DNA of 64,000 nucleotides from Takakia lepidozioides (lineage: Eukaryota > Plantae > Bryophyta). The notes below the pieces were generated by a model. It ran no database searches. It saw only the letters and a program-made list of their open reading frames with translations, and was not told the DNA's origin. The position numbers were made by a program, and so were the translations under genes. Shown here in pieces: positions 27,201 through 40,482 of the stretch; the stretch's first letter is position 1, and each line of letters begins with the position of its first letter. The stretch lies in contig CM060733.1 in assembly GCA_030704615.1 (NCBI GenBank), forward strand, positions 56,296,001 to 56,360,000, given 5' to 3'.

Positions 27201-27914
27201 ATCGCCATCAAAAGTCTCCGGCAAGAACTTCACAGGCACCTGCTTCAAAGATTCCCAATCAATTCCCCGCAACTCACTTTTGAATCCAGCCATTCCTCCC
27301 ATCGCCCGCAATTTTGGAATGACACTACAAATCTCTTCTTCATCAGCTTCTCCAAACATAGTAGGAAGGACTGGATTTGGAATTTCACTTATGTCATCAT
27401 CGGTAGAATCCGAAAGCTCAATGATTGGAGTGGAGGACGTCTGTTCTTTTTTCACCACCACCTCCCTCTTGTCTTCAACGACCGAAGCAGCAGTCCCGGG
27501 CGTCACATATGACCCAAGGGACTTTCGCCGAGGCTCTCCAAGTACTCTGTATCGACCAGGACGCACTCTCCACTGGCTGATATGAGCCGTCTCATCACAG
27601 TTTTGGAAAGTGTATTTCAACAACTTCCCTTTAAGATCGTACACCTCTTTCTCCAAAAAGATGGAGCCATTCTGCAGCTGAAAACGGGTAGCCAAGACAT
27701 GTTCCAGAACAATTGAAAATCCATTGTCAAGGACTTCCTGGGAGAACGGCACTGGTTTGTCGTCAGAGAAGAACTCCGCTTCAGAGGAAGCCATCTTCCT
27801 TCCTCGCGTACGTTTGTACCTTGCTATCGCAGATCTAGTGTAAATCGGTTTACTGATGTCTCCAGAACACTGTTGAAGAATGAACAGAGAATATGGCGGA
27901 GGAAGCTCAGACAA
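24281..27914 (-). pseudogene. Element B MULE transposase: GCM/WRKY-like Zn DNA-binding domain, DDE core, C-terminal SWIM finger (frameshifted, intron about 25670-25780)
   Basis: KHDGHPWCRTKTSN...CNGHLRC; MFDHVKR; FMADSAQAN...CLFHW (CxxH); SLAETVHNAW; NCTCPDF...CKHL. Confidence 0.9.
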
Positions 27915-28650
27915 CGACTGTGCATATTATGTTATTCTTTCCAGATATGCAGCCGTCCATTTTAATTACTTTTCTTGTGGGCCCAGTGGTCAGAGTATCC
28001 CTAGGAGCAGTGTCGGCAGCTGTTAAACCGTTAACCAGAACCTCATCAATAAACCCAATAACAAAGCCGACTTCCTGGAAGCATGCCACAGGATCTGAGG
28101 ATGGGATTGCAGATTAAGTAAATGTATCTTTATACTACTACCAATGATCATGCGCACCTGGAAAGTTCCAAATGTGAAACGAATGTGGGGTTTGGCTAAC
28201 AAGGATGACCGTGTATGATATTCCAAGATTTGTCATCAAACTCTCGTTCATTTACATTTATTTGTGTAAGACTGTGCGCCAAGATTTCTGGGATTCGCTG
28301 TTATTTTTAAATATTGAAACCGTTCTAATAAAGAACACGACGTTTATTTTGGGCGACACACGTCAGACATCCATAACTGAATACGAACAGCTGTACACCA
28401 ATTGCTGGCATGTGCACTAATAAGGGAACGACTATGTGTAACGGTCACGCGAGAGGGAATCCGATGCTTCTAGAGACACGCAAGAACGCAGGCAATCCCG
28501 CAAGAAATCGGGAGTCACTGCGTTTTTCTACTTTTCGCGCTTAGAGAGAGAGTGGTAGTCAAGCTGGAGAGGGTTCCTTCTATAATACGAAAGAGAAGAA
28601 AGTCTCTTTATTTTACTTCACTTAGAGAGAGACGCAGAGCAAGAGAGCAA

Positions 28651-28947
28651 ATGACGAGGCGTCGTTTGTTGGAGAACACAGGGCCAAGGCAGCAGGTGAA
28701 CGCGGAGACTGATTCAGAAGAGCAGACGGAGACTGAGGCAGCGGCTGTGACACAGTCGGCGATAAGAGTGCGCCAGCCTGTGGAGGCAGAGATGATTCGC
28801 AGGGACACTGAAGGAGGTGGAAGCACGCGGAACGTGGAACCGGGAGAAGGTCCAGAAACCCTAGAGCAGACAGAAATTCCAGCAGATGTGAGAGGGAAGA
28901 GGAAAGCTGCAGAAGGGGATCCAATTTCAAAACCTAAGAAGGCACCA
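28651..28947 (+). pseudogene. Element B cargo gene, probable exon 1 (acidic/basic disordered N-terminus)
   Basis: ORF 28552-28962 diverges from the transposase; GTAAGT donor at 28948. Confidence 0.5.
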
Positions 28948-29400
28948 GTAAGTTTTATCTAACTTACATTTCATTGTTGAAGGTATGCGTAGAGATTGAG
29001 TGGAATGTCCCAGACAGGGATTGTCGCTACCGACCATCACAAAGGTGATTTGCTTTCTACTCCTCTGCTAAGGGTTTACTGCACAATGAGTGGGTGACTA
29101 TCGGTACAGTCATTCACTGTTGTTCAGATCATACAGTCTGTCTGATTGCCTTTCAAGGAGTCCTTCCTCTTCCCTTCTTGGGGGCTGCTATTTCATGAGC
29201 GGCATGAGCATGAGCGGAAAAAAAAAAAACATGAGCAGACCATTGTGAGTCCACGGAAATAGGGTTAGGAGGCACGGAAATAGGGTCATGTGAAGTTGGA
29301 ATGTGGCACCAGTGGACTTGAAATGCAACATTTTATTGCAAATTTTGTGGCAAGCCACGTCTATACAAGTGTGTTCTAACTGTCATAGCCGGAATGGGCA

Positions 29401-30913
29401 CTACTCTCCTACACCCTCCGAGGAACTTGCCCCACCTTCTTCCTCATCCCCCTCATCCCCCTCATCCTCCGAGCTCTGTGATGCATCAATTCCACTATGC
29501 CTCTCAAAAATCCCGTCCTCTCCTTGGGGGACTGTCCACCTCACCTCCTGGGAATTTTCTGCGTCTTCTCCTCCACTTTCCTCAGTAGAATCCAAGACAA
29601 ATCTACGAGCCCGACGGGCTCTAATAGCTGCTGCCTCCTCCCTCATCTTCATTTTCTTGAGGCTTGCCTCGTCTAAAATCTGCTGTACACGACTACGTTC
29701 GGAACACCTCCTAATGGACACCGAAGCAAGCCGGGCAGCATAAGTAGGAAGGATGTACTCCCTTTCTGGACTAGGCATGAAATCCCCCCTGGCAAAAAAA
29801 GGCACGTTCCTCCTGCCCATGAACTCCGGTGTAGACGTCCCTCCGCAGTACTTGGCATCCTACAGTAAGAACAAATCCACTTCAAGAATGTCAATACCAG
29901 CACAACCAGAAAGGGTTTTCAATGAAATAAGAGAGCGGAGGGAGGTGCCTCACAAAATCTGGAGGCAACTTACGATGCCACCACTCACTCGTAAACCGGG
30001 GGCTCCTCGGCCTCGATCCCAACTTCCTCCCCCTGCTCCTTCTCGGATTTTTCCTCATCCTCCGAGGATGCCTCTTCCTCTTTCGGCAGACGTTCAGCCG
30101 CTGCAAGTTCCGAGTTGTGGAGGGCAGTATCTGGCTCGAAGGCGAACACATGCCTGTCGGACAACGTCCCTGCCCACATTGAAGCACCTGAGGAACAAAG
30201 CGGGTGGTTAATAGCTTGCGGCATGCAATTGCAATCGGGCCAGGGGACAAACTGAGCACGTGAAGGCTTATCCGTGCCGCATGTGAGGTCTAGAATCCGC
30301 CCTTGGACATCCGAGCACGTCTCCATGAGGGTTTGGATGAAAGCAGGGCTCCGGGTCCGGCTGTACCGCCACGGTTTGCCTGTCTTTGTGTCCTTCGGCA
30401 TACTGGAGTGGGGCACATAGTTGTAGAGGACATCGTAGGTTACAGGGTCCATAGCGGCATCAACAAGACGACCGTCGTTGCGGAATTTGAACGTAGACCC
30501 TCTCTTCACAAAGCAATATGCCTCAAACACCAATGTCTGCACATCCACAAAGAAGGGATCAACTCCAGGGTCTACTTAACATACACCACAATATGAAGTG
30601 AATGCAATAGATTGATAACTTACACTTTGGCCCTCTGTTCGCACCCCTGTGTACTGATGCAGAACCATTTTCTGAGGAGGACCGGGGTGACACTTTTCGG
30701 TGTCCACCTTGCCACCGCATTCTCTATGGTCTTCCCTCTCGTGGCAAGGACAACCACACATCCACCGTCATCCAGAAGCATCCCCGCCAGCCCAAACCCG
30801 GCTTTCCGGTAGTCCTCAGTAAACCTGTTCCAGGTGGGTACACCATCCAGGCCCTCCAGCAGCTCCCCATCTAGAATGTCGAGGAGAATCATGTCGCAAG
30901 CTCTCTCCACCTC

Positions 30914-30945
<32 letters not shown>

Positions 30946-31767
30946 AGTGCTCTTGCAATTCGTGCTCACAGCCGTGAAGAATTCCATCATGGCTTCAAAA
31001 CCAGGGGTGTCTTTAGGCTCTGTACCGGCAGCCCTCTTCTTGGCTTTCCCCTTCTGCTCCGCCAGAGACTTGCTGTGTGCCACCTTCTTCGCCCTGGCAG
31101 CGAGAGCGTCAAAGAAGCTCTCATTGACGCATTGGATGATGGTTGGAGGTTCTAGCTTTGGCCTATGCGTAAACGTCACCGCCGAATACCGCCGTGTAGG
31201 CTCGCCCTCAAATGCCAACTTCTTGGCAGAGCCAGTCCCACTCCGAACTGACTTGGGAACCCGGACGACCGGTGACTGGGTAGGAGCAACAGCAATTGCA
31301 GGACCTTGAACAAAGTTGTCGTCCGAGTCACTCTCTTGGGTCCCCTCCTGCGCCTCCTCCGATGCCCCGATGGTTTTCTTCTTTTTGGGTGTTACTGCAC
31401 TCACCTGTTTCCTTGTCCTTTTCCTTTGGCCTTTACTCTTCTCATGCCATTTCTCCTGAATTCCTGCTTGAGCAAGCTCTGCCGCTTTCCTGGAGTTCGC
31501 AAGCGCTTTTGCCTCTTTTGCACCCAACGAAGGCAGCGGAGCCCGGTTTCGTCGGAATTCAGCATCCGGCTTCAATTGAAACTCGGATGGGTCGAGCAAG
31601 CCGGGCGGAAGGTCCACATACCAAGGGCAATCACGCAAATGTTCCAGATGCCACTCCTTCACAATATCGTCAGTGTACATGGAGTCAGCCCCAGGGTTCC
31701 TCCATGCCAGGAAGAATGGTGGCTCGAAAGACAGATGACCTTTCTCCAAAGGGAGAACTTGCAGTAC
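29401..31767 (-). pseudogene. Element C cargo gene (5'-truncated): beta-class amino-methyltransferase-like domain, homologous to B's cargo
   Basis: WRNPGADSMYT...HLRDCPWYVDLPP; DMILLDILDG; PWRYSRTRSPAFIQTLMETCS...RILDLTCGT|GASMWAG...RHVFAFEPD; several intron positions shared with B. Confidence 0.8.
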
Positions 31768-31805
31768 CTACATTCATGAAAAACACAATGAGGTCCCTGA
31801 AATGC

Positions 31806-32390
31806 ATATTCGGCACCATTTTCCCAGGTTGGGGCGGATGTGAGTGGGCCTAGAAATGGAAAAATGGCGCCGAATTTCGGTTTTCGGTGACTGCCACCCT
31901 AGGGACTTAGCCATCTTGGGAGCCCTGAACTGGAAATTCGGCGCCATTTTCCCCGGTTTGGCCCGAAGATGGCTAAGTCCCAGAACCGCAATAGGGCCTA
32001 GAACTGGAAAAATGGCGCCGAATTTCCAGTTCAGGGCCAGCCACCCTAGGGACTTAGCCCGAAAATGGCTAAGTCCCTGAACGGCAATAGGGCCTAGAAC
32101 TGGAAAATGGCGCCGAATTTCCACTTCGGGGCCAGCCACCCTAGGGACTTAGCCCGAAAATGGCTGTCCCTGAACGGCAATAGGGCCTAGAACTGGAAAA
32201 TGGCGCCGAATTTCCAGTTCAGGGCCAGCCACCCTAGGGACTTAGCTTGAAAATGGCTAAGTCCCTGAACGGCAATAGGGCCTGGAACTGGAAAATGGCG
32301 CCGAATTTCCAGTTCAGGGCCAGCCAGTCTAGGGACTTAGCCCGAAAATGGCTAAGTCCCTGAACGGCAATAGGGCCTACAACTGGAAGC
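31806..32390. repeat. ~94-bp tandem array containing AAATGGCGCCGAATTT and GGGACTTAGCC...GGCTAAGTCCC
   Basis: Units start at about 32044, 32139 and 32232. Confidence 0.9.
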
Positions 32391-32519
32391 CATGTATCCA
32401 GGAAGCCATGTGTCGCCAGCCCGAATGAAAACCGACAGCGGTGGACATTTATTGCCCAACTGCGCAATTAAATGTCGGATGAAGCCCTCCATGTAGGATG
32501 AAAATCGACGGAACTAGGC

Positions 32520-34320
32520 CCGGAATTTCCAACGTAGAGGTAATTCAGAGCGCTGGAGGATGGAAATCCGGCGCCGGATTTCCATCCTGCAGGTAATTCG
32601 GAGCGCAGCAGGATGGAAATTCAGCGCCGAATTTCCATCCTGCAAGGTAGGGCGGCGCGCGAAATTTCCCTCACGCAGGTAATTCGGAAGCGGATGGATG
32701 CAAATCTGGCGCCGGATTTCCATCCGCGCAGGTAGGGCGGCGCGCCAAATTTCCCTGACGCAGGTAATTCAGAAGCGGATGGATGGAAATCCGGCGTCGA
32801 ATTTCCATCCAGCAGGTAAGTCGGATCGCTGGCGTACGGATATTCAGCGCCGAATTTCCATTCGCCAGGAATTTCGAAACGCTGAATTACCTTCCTGCAG
32901 GTAATTCTGAGCGTGTCCGATTGATTTTTCGGATTTTTCTTGGAATCCTTCAGTGCTAGAGGCAAATCGGAACAGCCTCGGACGGAAATTCGGCGCCGTT
33001 TTTCCATTCTGGGAGGTTTCTGCGACTTCCTTTGAGGGGGCCCCGATGGAAATTCGGCGCCGAATTTCCATCCGGGGGATGGTCTCTGTCGGAGAGGTGC
33101 CGGCCTCTCCGCCGCTCTGTTGGATATTCGGTGCCAAATTTCCGTCCGGGGGTTGAAATATGACGGCCAGGTGCGGGCCTCTCCCCCTCCCCGACTGCAT
33201 CCGAACCGCCCCAGATGGAAATTTGGCGCCGTTTTTCCATCTGGGGATGTTTTTATGCCGGCCAATTTTCGGCCTGACCCCCCGACACGACTTCCTTTGG
33301 GGGGGCCCGGATGGAAATTCGGCGCCGAATCTCCATCCAGGGGATGTTCTCTCTCGCACACGCGCCGGCCTCTGCGCCCGAGGCGACTTCATCCGGGCGT
33401 CCCCTGTTGGATATTCGGTGCCGAATTTCCGTCCGGGGGTTGAAATGTGACGGCCATGTGCCGGCCTCTCCCCCCTCCCCGACTGCATCCGAATCGCCCC
33501 AGATGGAAATTCGGCGCCGTTTTTCCATCTGGGGATGTTTTTATGCCGGCCAGTTTTCGGCCTGACCCCCCGACACGACTTCCTTTGGGGGGCCCGGATG
33601 GAAATTCGGCGACGAATCTCCATCCAGGGGATTTCTCTCTCGCACACGCGCCGGCCTCTGCGCCCGAGGCGACTTCATCCGGGCGTCCCCTGTTGGATAT
33701 TCGGTGCCGAATTTCCGTCCGGGGGTTGAAATGTGACGGCCACGTGCCGGCCTCTCCCCCCTCCCCGACTGCATCCGAACCGCCCCAGATGGAAATTCGG
33801 CGCCGTTTTTCCATCTGGGGATGTTTTTATGCCGGCCAGTTTTCGGCCTGACCCCCTGACACGACTTCCTTTGGGGGGGCCCGGATGGAAATTCGGCGCC
33901 GAATCTCCATCCAGGGGATTTCTCTCTCGCACACGCGCCGGCCTCTGCGCCCGAGGCGACTTCATCCGGGCTTCCCCTGTTGTATATTCGGTGCCGAATT
34001 TCCGTCCGGGGGTTGTAATGTGTGGGCCAGATGGCGGCCTTTCCCCCGAGCCGACTGCATCCGAAAGGCCTCGGATGGAAATTCGGCGCCGTTTTTCCAT
34101 CCGCGTAGGTTTTTATGTCGGCCAATTTTCGGCCTGACCCCCCGACAGGACTTCCTTTGGGGGGATCCGAATGGAAATTCGACACTGAATTTCCGTCCGG
34201 GGGATGTTCTCTGTCGGACAGGTGCCGGCATCTCTGCCCCAGACGACTTCATCCGTGCGGCCCCTGTTGGATATTGGGTGCCGAATTTCCATTCGGGGGT
34301 AGTAATGTGACGGCACGGTG
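32520..34320. repeat. Palindrome-rich arrays (short units, then ~288-bp tandem units) built on GGAAATTCGGCGCCGAATTTCC
   Basis: Perfect 28-bp palindrome GATGGAAATTCGGCGCCGAATTTCCATC near 33045; long units at about 33293, 33582 and 33868. Confidence 0.9.
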
Positions 34321-34734
34321 CCGGCTTCTCCCCTTCAGCCGTCATCATCCGGACGGGCCCCCACTTTCTGACTGCATACCGTTGGCAGTTATTGCGCAAA
34401 GACCAGGGGCCGCATTCCGGAGACAAGGTTCATTAACACTCTGACTGTGGATTTTTGAGATAGTTGGCTCCCTGGATTTGGATCAGGCTTCGTCGCTCGG
34501 ACAAATCGGCACCGCATTCCTTCCCATCGCTGCATCCCCCTTCTACCAGGGAGCTTCCCCGCACGCCATCCTGGCAGTCTTGTGTGCACATCTCCCATGG
34601 CGGAAAACCCGAGCGCTACAGTGTACTGCCCTCCTCACGAGCATAGAGCTTCATTTCCGTGCAGAGGGGACATCTGGCGAGTGATGGAGAAATATCTGTG
34701 CGTTTGATACCACCTGAAACCGGGGTCGGTTTTT

Positions 34735-37700
34735 TTGGAGGAGGAAAGGAAGGACTCAAACGGCCTTGTTCTCGATAGTATTGTTGTGCTCCACGATGAT
34801 TTCGGCGATGGCAGGGAATGGCGAGTTCCACCATCGGACAGCGTGATCTACAGGGCTGTTGGGGACTTCATTTGCCCGCCAAATGCACCTTCTATCCTGG
34901 CGCCTTCCACGAAACAATCCACGAATCAGAGAGTGGCTACCTCAAAGAGAGAAGTCCGCAACGAAGTAAATCCAGAGCCGAACCCATCCATGAAGACGAG
35001 CGAGAACTGGGTTGTTCACAACCTGTCCGACTCAGACGAGGTCATGGAAGTTCCGAGGTCATCCTGGAGATCAGGCAAGTCCTCAATGGACGTCAGTGGA
35101 GGAGGGAGTCATATTCCCAGCACAAGCACCGCAGTTCGATCTATTCTTGAAATTCTGCGAGGGCTTCACCTGGAGGGACACCGGTCAGAGCTGGTCGGGC
35201 TGGACTACAGCAAGTTCGCAATTAAATCGGTTACATGCCTTCCCGCCGACGTCGACGGTAATATCTTCTTTGAGTTCCCTCCTCGGGCGGACTACTCGAG
35301 GGCGTCCGGAATGTTGACAGATATGGATAGAAAACATGACGGTCATCCTTGGTGCGTTACCAAAACCACCAGCATGAAGATGCTCGATGGTGTGTGGGTG
35401 CGCTACGTTGTTTGTGCGGGCGCATTGCGGTGTTTCTCCCCAACTTGCTTCCACTTTAAATCCAGAGGTCACAGGAACGAGACCGATTGGACAGGCACAG
35501 CTCATCAACCATTTCGAGCTCAGGAGAAGGTTCCGAACTCCACATTTAAGTGTGCGCATTGCAAAGAACCACCACACTGCATGTCTGTTTGTAATGCCAA
35601 GCAGTTCTATGTGTTGCACCGCACCGTTTCCCTGACCTCACCCGAGCTTGCATACACGTTGGTTCCCATTGTCACAAATTGGCGAGGGGGAACTCGCGGG
35701 AGGCTGCCCACGAGGCAGAGCAGCTCGTTCAGGAGGAGGTTAAGTTGAGACCGGGTGCCAAACCCAAACAGATACAGCTCCAAGCCGCCCATAAGATGGC
35801 ATTGGCCAAAATTATGTCGGAAGACGGCTCCGATAGAGTTCCTCTCGATGAGAAGGAAATGGAGGCATTGCTGGAGTTGGTGTCCCACGTATGTTCACCG
35901 AATGTCCGAAACCACATTGTCTCATGCAAACAGAAAATTGGGCGTGGCTCGGATATGCACTCCATTATGGAGGTGAAGCGACGATGTGGATATGACTACA
36001 TTCATGGAAGTAGGTTTCCAGGACAAGGAACTGAGGCAGATTGTTGTTTCGTATTCAAAATGTCCACGTGTGGATCTGGCAGCGGCGTCGAACTGGTCGA
36101 CAGGATGACGAGTGGGGATTTGTCAAACAGTTGGGTCATGTTCGACCATATTAAGCGAATTACAAATCACCAGTGGGTGACAATGGGTGCACATGTCTAC
36201 GACACCCACTGCAGGATGCTAATGACAATTGCTATTTGTGAGATGAAAGGAGAGGACACACAATCGGAGATGCTTCTTTGGCAGGGAATAAACAAACAGA
36301 TGGCCAAGGCGGGATTGCCCCCTCCCAATTTCCGTGGTTTCATGGCGGACAACGCACAAGCAAATTGGGCTGTCATCCGAAGGGTGTACGGGCAAGACCC
36401 CAATGTTCCCATGGAAGGCAAGGAGAGATCTTGTGGGTTCCATTTTCTGCAGAGCCTTTCGCAGTACACAACCAGGCTCGTGGCGCTAGATTTCAGAGAG
36501 GAGCACTGTTCCATGTGCCTTTGCGTGGAAGCGTGCTCCCACCTTGGATGATGCAGAGACACAGTTTGCATGTATACGGGCTTGGTGGACATCGTCAGGT
36601 GCTGTAAGGAAATCAGACGAGGGAGCAATGGTCAGTTGGCTAGCATGGTGGCATTATCGTTTCCTCCAGTTCGGCGACTATATGCGGGAGGTGAGTTGCA
36701 CGAATTCGCGTCCCGTTGAATATTATTCTTGGCCATATTTGTAACTTGCTTGTAACCTCAACATGTGCTTGTGCAGGAAATGTGTCTCGACTCCGACACC
36801 GACATGCCCACGACAAACATGGCCGAATCAGTGCACTCTTCCTGGCGTGCCTCCTCTGCGGCGCATCTGGTGGACATCCTCACTGCCACAACGGAGGACA
36901 TTGTGAGGTCAATTATGCAGCAATGCAGGTACAACGAGTTCTTGAAAGGGAAACAGTGGGGCTTGGGGCCGGACAGGCAGGAAATGCTGATGCGGACTGC
37001 CTCTAGATCGAAGAATCCTCGGAAGTGGGCGGCGGCCTTGCGAGAGGGCCTTCGGGACACGCCATTGCTGCGAAGAGGCCAACATTTGGAAGGAGATGTT
37101 CATACCCGTCCAGTGAGACGAAGACTTGACGAGGCACCTGGCAGAGAAGAGGATTCATGGCGAGCTGACAAGAATATTCGCACGCTCCCTCGTGGTCCGG
37201 TGATGTTGCCCGAGGAGGTCTCGTCGAGCACCGCAAGTCCTGCACGTTCAAGATCGCCATCTCCTTTGAGCACAGGGCGCGTGCCCCGGCAACATAACGA
37301 GCCATCTGTAGTAAAGCAGTACAACATTCCCATTGTGGAGACAAGAGTGTCGGAGTCACAGTGGAGAATTGCGAGGACATTGCCGGCATTTCGAGGGAAG
37401 TGCTGCGCCATCTGGGTGGATACGAGAACACGCTGTGGTGAGATGATTCGGAGGAACCCACACGGTGCTGTACCTGCACCTTGTTTCAACGGCAGATTTT
37501 TGACTCCCACATTTGCTCACGCCACAACGCAGACATTTTGGTTCTGTAGGCACGACATAATGACATGTGTATTTGGCAAGCCCAAGTACGGGATTCAGGG
37601 AATGCCGGAGCCTCCGGGCGTCTGGCCTGTTGCACCGGGTTGCAGCCTCCCTCAGAATGAGGCGGATGCTCTATCTGCAGCAGGATTTCGAATGGTGCAA

Positions 37701-38193
37701 CGCACAGACATCCCGGCCCACGCATTTCCGGTTCCTCAGACCCAACCATTACAGACTGCTCGGTCCAGTAGAGACGGATTGGACAATTCTGCACATCCCA
37801 CAATGCGATTCGAAAGAGTGAAGAGACGACACCCTCCCAACAAGTTGAATGAGACTCGGATTGTCAATGCTCTTGGATGGCTTGCACTATTCAAGCTCCG
37901 TGGACGTACCCCCACCCGGCCTTGGGCGTGTGTATCGGATGGCAACGGCCGGCTCGGCTGTACGCGACGATGTATACACAATTACGATTGGAGTGGAGCC
38001 GACTTGCAATTGTACGGACTTCTCGTTGATGGAAGCAAAGAAGGGTTCGAAGTATTATCCGTGCAAGCATCTGTATTACATTTACCTGAAGAGGTTGAGG
38101 ATGAACGTGACTATTGATGACTTTATTCATGCACCGGCGTTGAGCGTGAACGAGCTGCACAAACTCCTCCTTAGGGATTCCAGAAATCATTGA
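34735..38193 (+). pseudogene. Element C MULE transposase (GCM-like, DDE, SWIM), frameshifted, intron 36691-36776
   Basis: KHDGHPWCVTKT...CAGALRC; MFDHIKR; FMADNAQAN...CGFHF; NMAESVHSSW; TCNCTDF...CKHL. Confidence 0.9.
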
Positions 38194-38344
38194 TGGGGCA
38201 AAGGGAATCCTCCATATGGATATTTTCAATTGCATTTTGCTGTATCAGACTTTTTTTTTGCAGTGTAATGAAATGCACCCCAAAACTCCTGGAATGAGGC
38301 AATATTCCATTCAAACTGAGATCCAACAGAAGCAGTTGTGGGGC

Positions 38345-38860
38345 CATTTCTGGAAAAATGGCGCCGAATTTCTCTTTTTGGGGCCGAAAACTGGCTAAGT
38401 CCCAACATTCACTGGTACCTGTGTCTGGGAAAATGGCGCCGAATTTCTCTTTTTTGGGCCGAAAACTGGCTAAGTCCCAACATGCACCGGTACCGTGTCT
38501 GGAAAAATGGCGCCGAATTTCTCTTTTTTGGGCCGAAAACTGGCTAAGTCCCAACATGCACTGGTACCGTGTCTGGAAAAATGGTGCCGAATTTCTCTTT
38601 TTGGGCCGAAAACTGGCTAAGTCCCAACATGCACTGGTACAGTGTCTGGAAAAATGGCGCCGAATTTCCCTATTTTGCGCCGAAAACTGGCTAAGTCCGA
38701 ACATGCAGTGGAAAAATGGCGCCGAATTACCTGTCATGAGGGGACCTATAGCCGCGGAATTCGGCACCATTTTTCGCCAGAGAGACCTATTACCGCGAAA
38801 TACGTCGCCGTTTTTTCAGGTTACGGACCCTATTACCGCGAAATTCGGCATCATATTTGC
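38345..38860. repeat. ~74-bp tandem array (5 units plus degenerate copies) downstream of the C transposase, same core motifs as 31806-32390
   Basis: GGCTAAGTCC at 38393, 38468, 38542, 38615 and 38689, each preceded by AAAATGG(C/T)GCCGAATTT. Confidence 0.9.
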
Positions 38861-39579
38861 ACATGTCGCTGGGAATTGGCATGAGCGGAAGACGCAATAT
38901 CATGAGCACAACTGTCAAAACTGCAATTTTCCCTTCAAGGGGCCGAATAATATATTTGTTTTTCCTGACACATTGCATTAAATTATTGTTTTTTATTGTT
39001 TTTTATTTTCGAAATTTGTACTTCTGCTCATGAAAACCGATTGTCTTACTACTCCGCTCATGCCGCTCATGCTCATGAAATAGCAAACCTCCCCTTCTTT
39101 AGCAAGAACTACTGAATTGCGAGCGTCATTAACGCCATTCGATTCTCCTCATGAGATTTATGTACCTATGTGTTTGAAGAGAGAGTGAGGGTCGGCATAC
39201 CGTCAATCATCGTTGTTCAGACCATACAGTCTGTCTGATTGCCTTTCAAGCAGTCGTTCCTCTTCCCATGCTGGCGACGGTAATCACAGTGGAGTCAATC
39301 TTACTAATCTGCACTTACTGTCCGCCCTAAACTATACTGAATGTCGTTGCCGCCAATCACTTGCACATAGATGTCATTACACAACACCGATCCGGCAGGT
39401 CGTTATCTTTTGTGATTGTCGTTAACGCCGTTCACTATCGCTCTCGCTTTTTGTTTTGATACGGCAGTATCAGCTTTGCTTGTGTAGATTGTGCTGAATT
39501 GTTTCACACCATTCATAGTGAGTTTCTTTGAGACAGAGTGATGGTCGTTACATTCACTATTTGCAAATTACTCAGTCAG

Positions 39580-39705
39580 AACTGAATGGCATCGTGCAAA
39601 ACTGTGAGGTCGAAGCCTACAGGATCAGAGGGGAAAGGATCTGGAGATGGGGACGAGTCCGCAAAAAGCTCAGAGAATACAGATGAAGCAGATGAATCTG
39701 AAGTG
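39580..39705 (+). pseudogene. Element B cargo gene exon 2, 5' part (interrupted by element D)
   Basis: MASCKTVRS...DEADESEV continues in frame as HYLDKVKELM at 51644 once D and one TSD copy are removed. Confidence 0.75.
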
Positions 39706-39791
39706 TGTCGTGCGCATACATATCGCTACACAACTACATCGCTGTCCAAACCACACCACACATATATGCACAATAAAGTAGTCTAGCACAA
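39706..39791 (-). repeat. Element D repeat a, terminal copy (86 bp)
   Basis: Identical to 40140-40225. Confidence 0.95.
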
Positions 39792-40137
39792 TGATAAGAA
39801 AGCTAAGGACACACACGATGCAAAGCATGAAAACCAAACCATCACTCTTAGAAATAGAAGTCGAGCCAGGGGCACCCCAAGCTATGGGGACTCCACCCCA
39901 CAACAACCTACACTCCCATCATAAGCACACTCAGATCTGAACGATGAAGGAGCTCGGTCGCGCAGGCTCAACTCGAGAGAGATGAGCTGCGCGACTGCCG
40001 CTCTCGTGAAGATAAGACAGACCAGGTGTCAAACTAAACTTGACACCTGATTTAACACTTGACCTAAATCCAAGTGTTAAATACAAATAACTAGTTTTAT
40101 TCTAGCTGTTTTCACACTGTGCTTATTTAACTTGACA
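39792..40137 (-). repeat. Element D repeat b, 3' copy (~346 bp)
   Basis: About 3 differences from 51293-51639. Confidence 0.95.
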
Positions 40138-40139
40138 GC

Positions 40140-40225
40140 TGTCGTGCGCATACATATCGCTACACAACTACATCGCTGTCCAAACCACACCACACATATA
40201 TGCACAATAAAGTAGTCTAGCACAA
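40140..40225 (-). repeat. Element D repeat a, internal copy, preceded on the minus strand by a PPT-like AGGGGGGCGA
   Basis: Identical to 39706-39791; joined to b by the palindrome GACA-GC-TGTC (40134-40143). Confidence 0.93.
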
Positions 40226-40482
40226 TCGCCCCCCTAGCTGGTGGATAGGTCCCTCTACCTCCAGATAGCTACAAGATGTAATAGCCACAGCCGTACTAAG
40301 TCCTCTATCACTGTCCCTATCGTACTCAAACTCTATAACCAAGAGGCCGGGTACAAGAGTAGCCCCATCGTTAGTCGCCGTCTTGCAATCTGTGAACTTG
40401 AGCCAAGATCTCGTGTGTTCAAGGTCTCCTAGTAGCTGGGCCTTGCGTTTCTTGTTAGCCTCCATGGTTGTATCCACTCCCA

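Larger units (their letters stand above)
29180..39091 (+). mobile_element. Element C: second MULE with the same architecture, nested in intron 1 of B's cargo gene
   Basis: TIRs GGGGGCTGCTATTTCATGAGC... and (reverse complement) GAGGTTTGCTATTTCATGAGC...; 8-bp TSD CCCTTCTT at 29172-29179 and 39092-39099. Confidence 0.88.

Noticed and set aside
30914-30944. Poly-C tract as a programmed frameshift or phase-variation site in C's cargo
   Set aside because: Homopolymer length is unreliable and the gene is already truncated.
31806-34426. Many overlapping ORFs (MEIRRRISI..., WKFGAEFPS...) and a superficially CRISPR-like repeat pattern
   Set aside because: The ORFs are translations of GC-rich palindromic tandem repeats; the spacers are themselves repeated, and there are no cas genes.
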